DNA of 61,041 bases, counting the filler. It is 6 parts of 6 records of this genome, joined end to end, with 100 filler letters (N's around TTAATTAATTAA, not from the genome) between each part and the next. Parts side by side here need not be neighbours in the genome. Positions count along the whole stretch, not along the records: positions 1 to 6,770 come from DRR723986_10760; positions 6,871 to 15,261 come from DRR723986_10773; 4 more parts are not named here. One strand, written 5' to 3'. Under the pieces are notes generated by a model. The model saw only the letters and a list, made by a program, of their open reading frames with translations, did no database searches and was not told the DNA's origin. The translations under genes and the position numbers were made by a program. Positions 1-10,312 of this stretch are shown one piece after another; position 1 is the first letter of the stretch, and each line of letters begins with the position of its first letter.

Positions 1-251
1 GCGGTTAAACCGTCCGGAGGGTTTAACACATGTAATTTGCGGCACGCCAGCGCAACCGCCAAACGCAAAAACATGAACGGCCGCGATACGCGCTTAAACG
101 TCCAGTAAAAGCGTGCTGAACGGTGCGGATGATCCTGCTGCGGCCATACTTAACAGAACTAATTCCTGCAAAATTTTGTACCTTTCCAGGGTCCGCTGGG
201 CCGGGCCCTTATGTAATAAAATGTTCACACTGGTTTGAACCGGAGACCACA

Positions 252-1160
252 ATGAAAAGCATGTTTCCACCAATTCCCTATGCAGAGTGGAAAGACTCCA
301 AAAACACCTTGCACCTGTTTGCGCAAATCGTGGGTAAAACACGTATGGCACTCATGCCCAAACAAAACCACTGGTGGCATGTGACGCTTTACGTTTCCGC
401 GCGCGGCCTGACAACACGACCGATTCCAATTGGCGACCGCATATTTGAGATTGAATTGAATCTGCGCGAACACAGGCTGCAGATTTCCGTGAGTGATGGA
501 AGTGAAGTCGGGTTTGCACTTGCCGGACTGTCCGTAGCCGAATTCTACCGCAAGTTTAGAGCGGAGTTAAAAAGTCTGGGAATTGTGGCCCGGATTCAGT
601 CCAGGCCCTACGACACAATGAGCACAATTCCGTTTGCGTCCGACTACGAACATGCGCGCTGCGATGCGGAATACGCCGGGCGTTATTGGCAGGCCCTGTT
701 AAATATTAACTCCGTCTTTGAAGAGTTCCGCGGTAAATTTATTGGTAAGAGCACACCCGTACAACTGTACTGGCACAGTTTTGATTTGGCCGTGACGCGC
801 TTTTCCGGTCGGGAAGCGCGGCGTGAAAGTGGAACCAGAGCCGACCGCGAAGCCTATTCGCATGAGGTGATCAGTTTTGGATTTTGGCCGGGCGACGCAA
901 ACGTGCCGATGCCGGCTTTTTACTCGTATACTTATCCGGAGCCGGAAGGACTGGCGGCGCAGCCACTTAAGCCCGAAGCTGCGCGCTGGAATGTTAATAA
1001 TGGCAGTGCTATGGCTTTACTGATGTATGACGATATGCGTGCGGCGGAAAACCCACGTGCAGCCCTGATGGACTTTCTGGAGTCCAGCTACGCCGCCGGT
1101 GCACGCCAGGCCAAATGGGACGTGGCTGCTTTTGATCTGGGCAACTTCGAAGCCAAATAA
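252..1160 (+). CDS. DUF5996-like family protein
   Basis: Motifs W-x-D-x-x-x-TLHL-x-x-QIVGK, NHWWHVTLYVSARGLTT, PVQLYWHSFDLAVTRFSG, YSHEVISFGFWPG, PAFYSYTYPEP match my recollection of this family. Start moved to ATG 252, which has GGAGA upstream. Confidence 0.8.
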   Translation: MKSMFPPIPYAEWKDSKNTLHLFAQIVGKTRMALMPKQNHWWHVTLYVSARGLTTRPIPIGDRIFEIELNLREHRLQISVSDGSEVGFALAGLSVAEFYRKFRAELKSLGIVARIQSRPYDTMSTIPFASDYEHARCDAEYAGRYWQALLNINSVFEEFRGKFIGKSTPVQLYWHSFDLAVTRFSGREARRESGTRADREAYSHEVISFGFWPGDANVPMPAFYSYTYPEPEGLAAQPLKPEAARWNVNNGSAMALLMYDDMRAAENPRAALMDFLESSYAAGARQAKWDVAAFDLGNFEAK

Positions 1161-1329
1161 GCGCTTAAACCTGGCCAGGCAAACCGATAATTGTAGGGCC
1201 GGCTTACAGTTTGTGTAACAGGTAAACCGGCACTTGCACGTTTATACTGTATGTCAATATGTGACGATCGGGAAGGCTTCAGGATAATCACCTGAGGAGA
1301 TCGGCTGAATGCAGAGAGGAAGAGGCTGG

Positions 1330-2472
1330 ATGAAGAGTCAGAAACATAAAAGATTGCGCCGGCTGCGCGTGTTTACAGTCACCGGCCTGCAGGCGCTGAT
1401 GTGCTGTGGCCTGGCTCTGCTGACATATGCCTGTGCCAACAAACCCGCCGACGAGGGCCCCAGCCCGGCTGAGATCCGCAGCATGGACAGCCTTGCAGCC
1501 CTCAACAGCGCCGCCGCCGATGCCGTGCAGTTGCGCATGGAAGCCGGGCGCAAGCTGAAGATTACATACCAGCCCTACGCGATCAGTTCTTCCGCCGACC
1601 TGAAGGCATTCCGCGCCGACTACAGCAAAGAGCAGCAGAGTCTGATTCTGGCATTTAACAGGCTGGACAGCCGCCACCTGCATTACGGCGATACACTCAT
1701 TATTCCCGAGCCGCTGTATGATAGCCTGCTGCCCTATGCATCATTTCCACGCCGCATCCGCGAGCTAACATTTGTGCCCAAGTTTCTGCTGGTCTCATAC
1801 CGTGTGCAGGCCTATGCTGCCTATGAGTACGGCCGCCTCGTGCGCTGGGGACCAAGCAGCCTGGGGAAACGCCGGACACCAACACCAACGGGACTGTTTG
1901 CGGTTAACTGGCGCTCCAAAAAGTCGATCAGCACCATCGACAGCGACTGGATTTTACCGTGGAATGTGAATGTGATGAACTTTGAAGGTGTTTCGATGCA
2001 CCAATATGAAATGCCCGGCTACCCAGCCAGTCACGCATGCATGCGATTGTTGGAAAATGATGCAAAATGGATCTATTACTGGGCTGAATCCTGGATTCTG
2101 GATTCGCGTCAGAAACTGGAGGCGCGCGGCACGCCGGTACTAATTTTTGGCAGTTATGAGTTTGGCAAGCCCACGCCCTGGAGCCACCTGCCGCAGAAGC
2201 CTGACATTCTGCAGTTGGATGCCGTGGATCTGCGTCCACTGCGCGAATCAATCAGCACAATTCTGGAATGGACGTCTCAGCGCGATGCTGTTTTGGAAAA
2301 ACGCAAGCAGGCGAAGGCCGCCAAAGCTGCCAGGGAGGCGCGTGAACAGGCCGCTGCGAGCGCAGCCGCCGGAGGGAAAACTTCTGATTCGACCGACAGC
2401 AAACAGCGCAATTTAGGTCGAGAGGTTGCGCGGGACAGCAGCGCGAATGCCGGAGCCGGCATCAGCGGATAA
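1330..2472 (+). CDS. L,D-transpeptidase (YkuD) family lipoprotein
   Basis: Catalytic motif H-QYEMPGYPASHACMRL, TPTG motif, hydrophobic N-terminus ending LLTYAC (possible lipobox), Ala/Lys-rich C-terminal tail. Start is 1309 or 1330. Confidence 0.85.
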   Translation: MKSQKHKRLRRLRVFTVTGLQALMCCGLALLTYACANKPADEGPSPAEIRSMDSLAALNSAAADAVQLRMEAGRKLKITYQPYAISSSADLKAFRADYSKEQQSLILAFNRLDSRHLHYGDTLIIPEPLYDSLLPYASFPRRIRELTFVPKFLLVSYRVQAYAAYEYGRLVRWGPSSLGKRRTPTPTGLFAVNWRSKKSISTIDSDWILPWNVNVMNFEGVSMHQYEMPGYPASHACMRLLENDAKWIYYWAESWILDSRQKLEARGTPVLIFGSYEFGKPTPWSHLPQKPDILQLDAVDLRPLRESISTILEWTSQRDAVLEKRKQAKAAKAAREAREQAAASAAAGGKTSDSTDSKQRNLGREVARDSSANAGAGISG

Positions 2473-2597
2473 GACGCTGCGTATGCTCTGGTGATATGCT
2501 TGGCTCACAATTCTTCAGTATATTTGGTTTTTAGTCTGCATTGTATTCTCTGGAGTTGATCAACCTTCAGAAATTATCTTAGGTCTGTTAAGCAAAC

Positions 2598-3623
2598 ATG
2601 GGCGTTTCAACTGGGTTTGAGGCCGAACTGGTCAGTGAGTTGTTTAAAAGGCTTCCACACGAGCAAGATCGCGAAATGGCGGAACGCTGGGCCGCTCCGC
2701 ACAAAAAGAAGTTTCGTGAGGCGTGGGGCGCATGTCCGCGCGGCAGCTGGCTGTTGTGGATGGCCTGGAATTCACCGCTGGAGCGTCGCCGTGTGGCGGG
2801 GGCCGCAGGTGATTGTGCACTATTGGCGCTGCAACTAATGCCACAGGGCCGCGAATTCCTGCGTCCTCTGCTTATGACACTGCGAGCCTGGGCGCGTGGT
2901 TCCGAGTCCGAAAGCGAAGCAGTCGCGGCCGTAAAAGCTGCGATAAATAAAGCTGACGACTGTCGCCGTCTGGCAGAAGAAAGTACCGTATCCCGAGAGC
3001 AAAATGTATTCCTGTTATATGCTCTTGCGGCCCTCTGTGTAGCACGTGTTGCCGAAGATATTGTCACTCCAGAAAATAGTAGCGAAACGGCTTACTGGCC
3101 TACCACCGCTTCGCTGGCGCTCTTGATTTATGGCCGCTCAAAGGGTGATGGCGATGCGCGTTCGATCGAAGAATTCGACGGCATACTGGCAGAAGCGATT
3201 CGCGGGCGCATCAAACCCGAAGACGTGCCGGAAATGATTGGGCAGTCGAGTGAAGATCCCAACACCTATCTGGAAGTCGCTTTTGATGATACACAAAGCT
3301 GGGAACAGTTTGAGTCTGTCTGGCTGGCCGTCGGCAAAGCCAAAATGGGTGAAGCCCTGGATGCCGACGACAAGCGCTGGATGGACTTTCCGGGTGTGAG
3401 TGGTGATAACTTCGCCGAATTCAGCGTTGTGCTCGAAATGGTCAGAGACGGCGCCTATGCCTTTGGCAGCACCGAATTACTGGAAGCAAATACGGCGCGT
3501 CTTAGTCTGGATGAAGCCCAGCGTCCGCTCAGCGATGTAGAAGAACTGATCCGCTTCGTTAATCTGTTTGGACTGCGCCTGCGGGCAATCGGTGACGGAA
3601 TCACCCGTCGGCTGCTACAATAG
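2598..3623 (+). CDS. hypothetical protein, N-terminal Imm5-like helical domain plus acidic C-terminal domain
   Basis: 341-aa ORF filling the gap between neighbours. AW-x-x-C-x-R-x-x-WLLW and CA...RP....LRAWARG...A..A resemble Imm5-like putative immunity proteins. Confidence 0.6.
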   Translation: MGVSTGFEAELVSELFKRLPHEQDREMAERWAAPHKKKFREAWGACPRGSWLLWMAWNSPLERRRVAGAAGDCALLALQLMPQGREFLRPLLMTLRAWARGSESESEAVAAVKAAINKADDCRRLAEESTVSREQNVFLLYALAALCVARVAEDIVTPENSSETAYWPTTASLALLIYGRSKGDGDARSIEEFDGILAEAIRGRIKPEDVPEMIGQSSEDPNTYLEVAFDDTQSWEQFESVWLAVGKAKMGEALDADDKRWMDFPGVSGDNFAEFSVVLEMVRDGAYAFGSTELLEANTARLSLDEAQRPLSDVEELIRFVNLFGLRLRAIGDGITRRLLQ

Positions 3624-3655
3624 AGCCTTCCGGCCCCGCATTAAAGGCGTAGCGC

Positions 3656-6595
3656 ATGTCCCGTTCAATTTCCACGACTATCAGCCTGGTTTTTTCCGCC
3701 GTGATTCTGGCATCTACGGCGCTGCTGGGTTATCTGGTCTATTCGGAAAGCAGCGCGGCCTTTATTGAAGTCTCGCGCGAGCGATTGCTGCACACCGCCG
3801 GCATTACCGAGCTGCGCCTGACTGAGCGCCTGAATGCCGTCAGCAACGACGTGAAGTTTCTTTTGAGCAACCAGGCGGTGCAGACAATCGCCGATGCCGA
3901 GTCATTCTCCTATTCAAGTGCTGCCGATAAAACGGTGGCTGCCGAGCGTCTGGCAGCCGTCTTTGGAGCGCTCTTGCGCACTCGCCCGGAATATACCCAG
4001 GTGCGTTTGATTGGCGCAGATGACCAGGGCCGCGAACGCCTGCGCCTTAACCGCGTGGGAACCACGATTGTGTATGCGCGGGAGGGCGAACTGCAGCGCA
4101 AAGGCGACCGCAAATATTTTCAGGAAACCGTGGCCCTGCCTGCCGGACGGGTCTATGTTTCCGATATCAATCTCAACCGCGAACGCGGGCTCGTAAGCCT
4201 GCCATACATGCCGACGGTGCGCGTAGCTACACCGGTCTATTCCTCTGCCGGGGACATTTTTGGCATTCTGGTGATTAACGTCGATGCCGGCCAGATTTTC
4301 CATGATGTTCGCGAGCTGACCGGGCCGGGAATATCACTGCTGCTGGCCAATGAACGTGGCGACTACCTGATTCACCCCGACTCCAGCCGCACGTTCAGTT
4401 TGGACCGCGGCTGGGACTTTCGCATTCAGGATGACTACCCGATCCTGCACGATCTGTATGCCGGACGCCAGGAAACGGCGATGTCCGAAGAAATGGCGGC
4501 AGATGATCGCACATTGACGTATTTCAAACGCGTGCAGCCCTTTCCCGGGTCTCGCCGTTTTCTGGTGCTCGCGATTATCTCGCCCTACGACCTGATTTTG
4601 CGCGATGCCGCCGCCGTGGAGTTGCACGGCCTGCTCTGGACGATTATCATTTCACTGGTGGGCCTCGTCGCGACCTGGTTTTTTGCGCGCTTTCTGATGC
4701 GTCCGCTCGACCGCATCACCTCTGCCGTTACCAGCTACAACGCCGGGGATGCCGTCAGTGCGCTGCCGACGGACCGTTCGGATGAGTTCGGCGCGCTGGC
4801 GCGCGCCTTTGAGTCAATGGGCGACCGCGTGCGCGCTGAGATGCGTGGCAAAGATGAGTTCCTGGCGACGATGAGCCACGAAATCCGCACGCCGATGAAT
4901 GCCGTCGTTGGAATGACACATCTGCTCAAACGCGATACGCCACCGGAACAGGACTCGCGCGTAGTAGACACGCTCGACTTTGCGGCGCGCAATCTGCTCT
5001 CACTGATCAACGACGTGCTCGACTACAACAAGCTGCGCGCCGGAGCGCTTGAGCTGGAGAATATTGACTTTGGCCTGCAGGCCACATTTGAATCGATTGT
5101 TGCCTCCTACCGGCCGGCCGCCGCCGAGCGCGGACTGCTTGTACAGCTGGACCTGGCCGCCGATCTGCCGCCCTACCTGCGCGGTGATCCACTGCGGCTG
5201 ACGCAGATTGTCAACAACCTGGTGGACAACGCTATCAAGTTCACCGAAGAAGGTGAAGTTCGGGTGCTGGTCAGCATTCTGCCGCCGGTGCAGGCCGGTG
5301 CAGCCATCTCAGATGCTGCCGATGCGGCGGATATTCAGCTGTGTATCGAAGTTGCAGACAGCGGCATTGGGATTGCCGCCGAACGGCTTACACATATTTT
5401 TGAACGTTTTGAGCAGGCCAGTAGCGACACCGCACGCAAGTACGGCGGTTCCGGGCTGGGCCTTGCAATTGTTGGCCGTCTTGTGGAGCTGCATGGCGGC
5501 TCGGTCAGCGTCAGCAGTCAACCGGGTGAGGGCAGTACCTTCCGCGTAGAACTGCCGCTGCAGCGCGGTACAGCGCCCAGCGCCCCCGAACATCCCAACC
5601 TGGGACAGCTGGACTTTGGCGCCGCCGATATTCTGTACGTGGAAGATGTTGAATACAACCGTTTTCTCCTTGAAAGTCTGGTCAAACCCTGGAACGTGCG
5701 CTGCCACACGGCCAACGGCGGCGTGCAGGGCCTGGAGCGCAGCATCGAGCGCGTTTACACGGTGATTTTACTCGATATCCAGATGCCGGACATGGACGGC
5801 TACGCCGTCCTCAAGGCGCTGCGCGAAGACGACAACAACCCCAATCAGACTACACCCGTCGTTGCCCTGAGTGCCATTCCAAATATTGGCGAAAGTGTGA
5901 CTGCCGGCCAGTCCGGCTTCAACGACGCTCTGGAAAAACCCATCGATCCGGAGGCGCTGGCGCGCATGCTGCAGCGCTGGATTCCCGGGCAGACTGCGCC
6001 GGCCGCGGACGCCCAGACCACAAGCCACAAGCCCGAGAGCAATAAGTCAGGTAAAAAGTCATCCGGAGAGTCCGGCCGCTCCAATCCCACAGCGGCCAAA
6101 TCGCCGACTCACAAATCACAGGCCGCGCGCCCCGAGTCCGCAGCCGCGCAACGTGAAAACGGCGCAGGATCGCAGACTGCCCAGCGTGCCGCGTCGCAGG
6201 CGCAGTCGTTTCTGCAGGGGGCTGCGCTGCCGCCGATGTTTGTGCGCATGTACGACGATGATGCGGCCCTAATGTGCCGCGCCCTGGAATTACTCGAACA
6301 GGAATGTCGCCGCCAGATTCCAATTCTGCGCAGCGCATTTGACGCGCGGGACCAGGTGGCCTTTGCTGCCGCTGTTCACAGGCTTGCGCCGCATTTACAG
6401 ACTTTTGAGCTGAAGGACTTGCTGGCTGAACTGCGGGTGGTGCGCGCCGCGCTAAGGGATATAGCAGCTGGAGAAGCTGTAGAAGCCGGGATAGGTTCGA
6501 GCGTTGCGCCGGATGTTATACTTTCTGTTGCACTTGAAAAACTGACTCTTTTCGCTGAGCGGCTCGGGTCTGCGATGGCAGCGCTACAGCCCTAG
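3656..6595 (+). CDS. hybrid sensor histidine kinase (TM-Cache-like sensor-TM-HAMP-HisKA-HATPase-REC-Hpt-like)
   Basis: Two TM segments, HAMP (RPLDRI...DEFGALARAF), H-box FLATMSHEIRTPMN, N-box NLVDNAIKFT, G boxes DSGIGI and GSGLGL, REC (YVED...LLDIQMP...KP), C-terminal AVHRL Hpt-like helix. Confidence 0.92.
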   Translation: MSRSISTTISLVFSAVILASTALLGYLVYSESSAAFIEVSRERLLHTAGITELRLTERLNAVSNDVKFLLSNQAVQTIADAESFSYSSAADKTVAAERLAAVFGALLRTRPEYTQVRLIGADDQGRERLRLNRVGTTIVYAREGELQRKGDRKYFQETVALPAGRVYVSDINLNRERGLVSLPYMPTVRVATPVYSSAGDIFGILVINVDAGQIFHDVRELTGPGISLLLANERGDYLIHPDSSRTFSLDRGWDFRIQDDYPILHDLYAGRQETAMSEEMAADDRTLTYFKRVQPFPGSRRFLVLAIISPYDLILRDAAAVELHGLLWTIIISLVGLVATWFFARFLMRPLDRITSAVTSYNAGDAVSALPTDRSDEFGALARAFESMGDRVRAEMRGKDEFLATMSHEIRTPMNAVVGMTHLLKRDTPPEQDSRVVDTLDFAARNLLSLINDVLDYNKLRAGALELENIDFGLQATFESIVASYRPAAAERGLLVQLDLAADLPPYLRGDPLRLTQIVNNLVDNAIKFTEEGEVRVLVSILPPVQAGAAISDAADAADIQLCIEVADSGIGIAAERLTHIFERFEQASSDTARKYGGSGLGLAIVGRLVELHGGSVSVSSQPGEGSTFRVELPLQRGTAPSAPEHPNLGQLDFGAADILYVEDVEYNRFLLESLVKPWNVRCHTANGGVQGLERSIERVYTVILLDIQMPDMDGYAVLKALREDDNNPNQTTPVVALSAIPNIGESVTAGQSGFNDALEKPIDPEALARMLQRWIPGQTAPAADAQTTSHKPESNKSGKKSSGESGRSNPTAAKSPTHKSQAARPESAAAQRENGAGSQTAQRAASQAQSFLQGAALPPMFVRMYDDDAALMCRALELLEQECRRQIPILRSAFDARDQVAFAAAVHRLAPHLQTFELKDLLAELRVVRAALRDIAAGEAVEAGIGSSVAPDVILSVALEKLTLFAERLGSAMAALQP

Positions 6596-6770
6596 GTGGG
6601 ATGTAATATTTTGATTGGTGGGACAGGTCTTAAATCGCGATAGAGGCAGGATTTCGGTTCGACTGTTGGCTCCCGCGCCCGCGACAGCTGCGTTTTTCTG
6701 CCCCCAGCGGCAGTCACTGAGTCTCGGGACTGCAACCACTCCCCATCCACAAACTGCACAGAATCAAGTA

Positions 6771-6870
6771 NNNNNNNNNNNNNNNNNNNNNNNNNNNNNN
6801 NNNNNNNNNNNNNNTTAATTAATTAANNNNNNNNNNNNNNNNNNNNNNNNNNNNNNNNNNNNNNNNNNNN
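6771..6870. other. artificial contig-joining spacer
   Basis: 44 N + TTAATTAATTAA (stops in all six frames) + 44 N. Genes are truncated at the edge. Confidence 0.98.
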
Positions 6871-7559
6871 CCTCCCGATGCCCGCCAGATCACTCTAAGA
6901 GCAGCTGGCGCGAACAGGTCGGAGCCGTTATACCCCGCCTGGGAGAGCCGGTGCCGAAGATACTGGCTTACCGAATCCCGGTTCAGGGGGTGCAGCCGGG
7001 TCTGGAAGGTAACGCGCTGGCGCAACTGGCGCAGACTGTCTTTGCTCAGGGTCGTGTCCAGCTCCGGCTGACCGAACAGCACGATCTGCAGCAGCCGGGT
7101 GCTTTCGGTTTCCAGATTGGTGAGCAGACGCAGGGCTTCGATGGTCTCCTCCGGCATGGCCTGGGCCTCGTCAATCACCAGCACCACCGGCTTCTGTTCC
7201 ATGGCCAGGGCAATCAGTTTCTCGTTCAGGGCCTTGAGGATCTGATGCACGTTGGCGCACACCGCCACATCCACACCCAGCTCCTCCGCCACGGCCTCGT
7301 AGAGTGTATCCGGCGGAAGGTTCGGGTTGGGCACGTAGGCCGTGCAGGCTTCTTTATCGAGTTCATTCAGCAACAGGCGGCACAGCAGGGTCTTACCGGT
7401 GCCGACTTCCCCGGTCACCTTGATAAAGCCTTCCCGCTGCCGCAGCGCCACCAGCAAAAGCTCCAAGGCATCGGAATGGCTGGGCGCCCGCAGGAAGTAG
7501 CGGGTGTTGGGCGTCAATGCAAACGGTGCTTCCTGCAGTCCGAAGTGGCTCTGATACAT
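6871..7559 (-). CDS. mshM: MSHA biogenesis ExeA-family ATPase MshM (3' truncated)
   Basis: MYQSHFGLQEAPFALTP start, Walker A GEVGTGKT, Walker B VIDEAQ, LFGQPEL. Directly follows mshL. Confidence 0.9.
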
Positions 7560-9295
7560 CAGCGCGGTGCAGTCTCGGGTTGTGGCTTGACGGATTCAGA
7601 CGAGTTCAGCAGCTCCCGTAATACATTCATGCGCTCACGGGAGGCACTGACATCTGCCTGCATCTGGCCGGCATTGGCGACGACCGGACGCAACAGGATA
7701 ACCAGTTCGCTCTTCCGGGATTCAAAATTGCGTTGCTTGAACAGTTCGCCCAGCAGTGGAATCTCACTGAAGAAAGGCACCGCTGAATTGTTGTCTTCGC
7801 TGCTGTTCTGGATCAGACCGCCAATCACCACAATCTGGCCACTTTCGGCCCGGATGACGCTATCGGTTTCGCGAACGGTGCTGCGGGCCAATGGCAGGGT
7901 GACATCCCGTTCCCCAATGGTAATCACCTTTTCCTGATCCGCCACCTCGCTCACGGATGGATGCACATGCAGGGTGATGGCGCCGTCCTCGGCGATCTGA
8001 GGAGTCACATCCAAAGAGATGCCGGAAAAGAACGGTGTCAGCTCGACGGAGGTTGATGTGCTGTCGGTGGCGGTAACGGCAGAATTGTTGTCATCAAAAT
8101 CAATGTCGGTGACGAAGAACTCATCGGTACCCACTTTGATCACGGCCTTTTGATTGTTGATCGTGGAAATTCTCGGGCTGGAAAGGATCTGCACATTACC
8201 CTGCCGCCCCAACAATTCGATGACAGCATTAAAGCTGCCCTCCCGGATAGTGGCAGAGAACAATCCGCCTATATCTGACGTTCTGATGACCTGACCGGTC
8301 ACACTTTCAAAAGTGAACTCCGCAGGCAAGCCATCACTGGCGGTCACTGAAGAAGCGCTCTGAAGATCGGACCAATTGATACCCTGCTGGTATCCCTCGT
8401 TCAACCCCACTTCCAGAATCTTGGCTTCGAGCACAACCTGGCGCTGCATAATCAGCTCGGTCTTGCGCAAATAGCTCTCCACCAGCCTCAGATCTTCGGC
8501 ACCAGCCCGGACCATAACCAGCCCTGCTCCCGGATTCACCACAACCTGCCCTTTATCACCGCCCACAATCATGTTCAGGGCGTCGCGGATATCACTCCAG
8601 AAATCCGATTCGGTCTGAGTCGATATCGTGGTACCGACCAGATTGCGGGTTTCATTGTTTCCATTGTTATCGTTGCTGCCAGCCCCCTCTCTATTGTTTC
8701 GGGAGCTGCTGACCTGCCCGGAACTGACACGGGTTTCGGAGCCGCCGCGGCGTTTGAAGTGCAGGTAATCGATGGGGAACAGGCGAGTCTGAACCTGATC
8801 GGCCGCCACCCGGTACAGCCGACCGGTACGGGTAATATCCAGGCCATACAGGTCTGCCGCTATGTCCATGACTTCCGGAACGGTCACATCGCTCAGGCGA
8901 AGACTGACCGTCGTGGCCACGTCCGGCCGAACCACCACGTTATAGCGGGTGCCGGCGACCAGCGCCTCAAAAAAACTGCTGGCCGGAACGTCTGAGGCAT
9001 TAACATCGAAGCGCTCATCCTGTTGCGGGCTGCTACTCAGTGGCGGCAAGAGCTGGCTGCTGATATCGGCGGCGGATGGTGCAGGTACCTCATTCACATC
9101 AGTAGCTGCACGCTGGTTCTGTTCCGCCTGTTCCAGGGTTCGGTCGATTTCATCGGCCACGTCGGAAGAGGTCGCCGCCGAGGTGCGCATTAACGGATTG
9201 TTGCTACAGGCCGCCATGAATAGGGAGAGCGCAACTACGAGCGCCGCCTGGGCCTTCGGTCTGAATGCATTCATTGTTTTCCGCTTGTCTTTCAT
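7559..9295 (-). CDS. mshL: MSHA pilus secretin MshL
   Basis: Lipobox LFMAAC, QVVLEAKILEV, PRISTINNQKAVIKVG, LTPFFSGISLDVTPQI, VPFFSEIPLLGELFK secretin motifs. Confidence 0.93.
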   Translation of the reverse strand: MKDKRKTMNAFRPKAQAALVVALSLFMAACSNNPLMRTSAATSSDVADEIDRTLEQAEQNQRAATDVNEVPAPSAADISSQLLPPLSSSPQQDERFDVNASDVPASSFFEALVAGTRYNVVVRPDVATTVSLRLSDVTVPEVMDIAADLYGLDITRTGRLYRVAADQVQTRLFPIDYLHFKRRGGSETRVSSGQVSSSRNNREGAGSNDNNGNNETRNLVGTTISTQTESDFWSDIRDALNMIVGGDKGQVVVNPGAGLVMVRAGAEDLRLVESYLRKTELIMQRQVVLEAKILEVGLNEGYQQGINWSDLQSASSVTASDGLPAEFTFESVTGQVIRTSDIGGLFSATIREGSFNAVIELLGRQGNVQILSSPRISTINNQKAVIKVGTDEFFVTDIDFDDNNSAVTATDSTSTSVELTPFFSGISLDVTPQIAEDGAITLHVHPSVSEVADQEKVITIGERDVTLPLARSTVRETDSVIRAESGQIVVIGGLIQNSSEDNNSAVPFFSEIPLLGELFKQRNFESRKSELVILLRPVVANAGQMQADVSASRERMNVLRELLNSSESVKPQPETAPR

Positions 9296-9621
9296 TGGGT
9301 TCTCCGCACCTGCGGAAGGGGTTCCGGGTAGAGCACCCGATGTTGTCCGTTATCCAGGATTTCAACACGGTCTCGATAGATCCGGCGCACGCGAATACCG
9401 TCGTGGCTGTCTCCCTCTGTCAGGGCAACACCTTCAATCACCGCCACTCTTCGGTCGGAGCCATGGACAATGGAGCCAAGCTCCAGGGGTCGCGGCGGCA
9501 TTGCAGCTACAGCCCGATTCTGAATACCTGGCGGCCTGGTGGGGTCCTGCAACGCCTGCGCTGGCAACGCCGCGGCGGCGGCCATCACGATCACGGCAGT
9601 ACCAACAATTTGCCAGCTCAC
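9292..9621 (-). CDS. mshK: MSHA biogenesis protein MshK
   Basis: Signal peptide followed by LQDPTRPP. Lies between mshJ and mshL. Confidence 0.8.
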   Translation of the reverse strand: MSWQIVGTAVIVMAAAAALPAQALQDPTRPPGIQNRAVAAMPPRPLELGSIVHGSDRRVAVIEGVALTEGDSHDGIRVRRIYRDRVEILDNGQHRVLYPEPLPQVRRTQ

Positions 9622-9622
9622 A

Positions 9623-10312
9623 TCACACCCCCAACCACGCAGGCTCCAGGCTTAGCGTGCGCACCCGAATAGTGGCCCGGCCGTCCGGCCAGGTGCCCGC
9701 ATCATACTCAAGCCGCGACCAGCCCAACCGTTCATCCATGGCTTCCAGGCGCTCAAGATAGTTCAACACGTCCAGATAGCCGCCGCGCACGGTCATTTCC
9801 ACGTCGTGCGTGTACAACAACGGCTCGGGTTTTAGCTTGTCGTTTCCGGCGGCAGCATTCGCCGTGTCCGGTTCGTCATACACTGGCTCCGGAGCCAACA
9901 ATTCCAAGGAGTCCAGTTTCAGGCCCTGTTGCGCAGCAAGCATTTCTCTTAACAGCACCACCATGTCCCGGGGTGCAATCAACTGGCCGGTGGTTTCAGC
10001 AATCTGCTCATTCAGGCGGCTTAGTCGGCCCTCCCGCGCTGCCAGCCTTTCCCGCAGCTCGGTGGAAGGATCATTGGCAAGCTGTCCATCAAGGCTTTCC
10101 TGCTGGATCAACAAAGCCTCCCGGGTGTTTGACGCTACCTGCAACTGGCTGGTTAGCTGACTTTTCCGGGCTTCAGCCGGCGCAACCAGCAGCTCCCAGC
10201 CAACAACAAACACCAGCACACACACTGTTACCAGTATCAGAACCCGCTCACGAATAGGCCGGTCGTTATACCATTGGCTTCCGTCAGCCCATCGGGATTT
10301 CAGCACGCTCAT
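9623..10312 (-). CDS. mshJ: MSHA biogenesis protein MshJ (GspM/PilO-like)
   Basis: RER-TM-coiled coil, LYTHDVEMTVRGGYLDVLNYLERLE. The ATG overlaps the upstream stop. Confidence 0.85.
   Translation of the reverse strand: MSVLKSRWADGSQWYNDRPIRERVLILVTVCVLVFVVGWELLVAPAEARKSQLTSQLQVASNTREALLIQQESLDGQLANDPSTELRERLAAREGRLSRLNEQIAETTGQLIAPRDMVVLLREMLAAQQGLKLDSLELLAPEPVYDEPDTANAAAGNDKLKPEPLLYTHDVEMTVRGGYLDVLNYLERLEAMDERLGWSRLEYDAGTWPDGRATIRVRTLSLEPAWLGV

Noticed and set aside
6615..6870. ORFs running into N runs (6615-6818 and those ending in LIN at other spacers)
   Set aside because: Their ends are created by the artificial linker.
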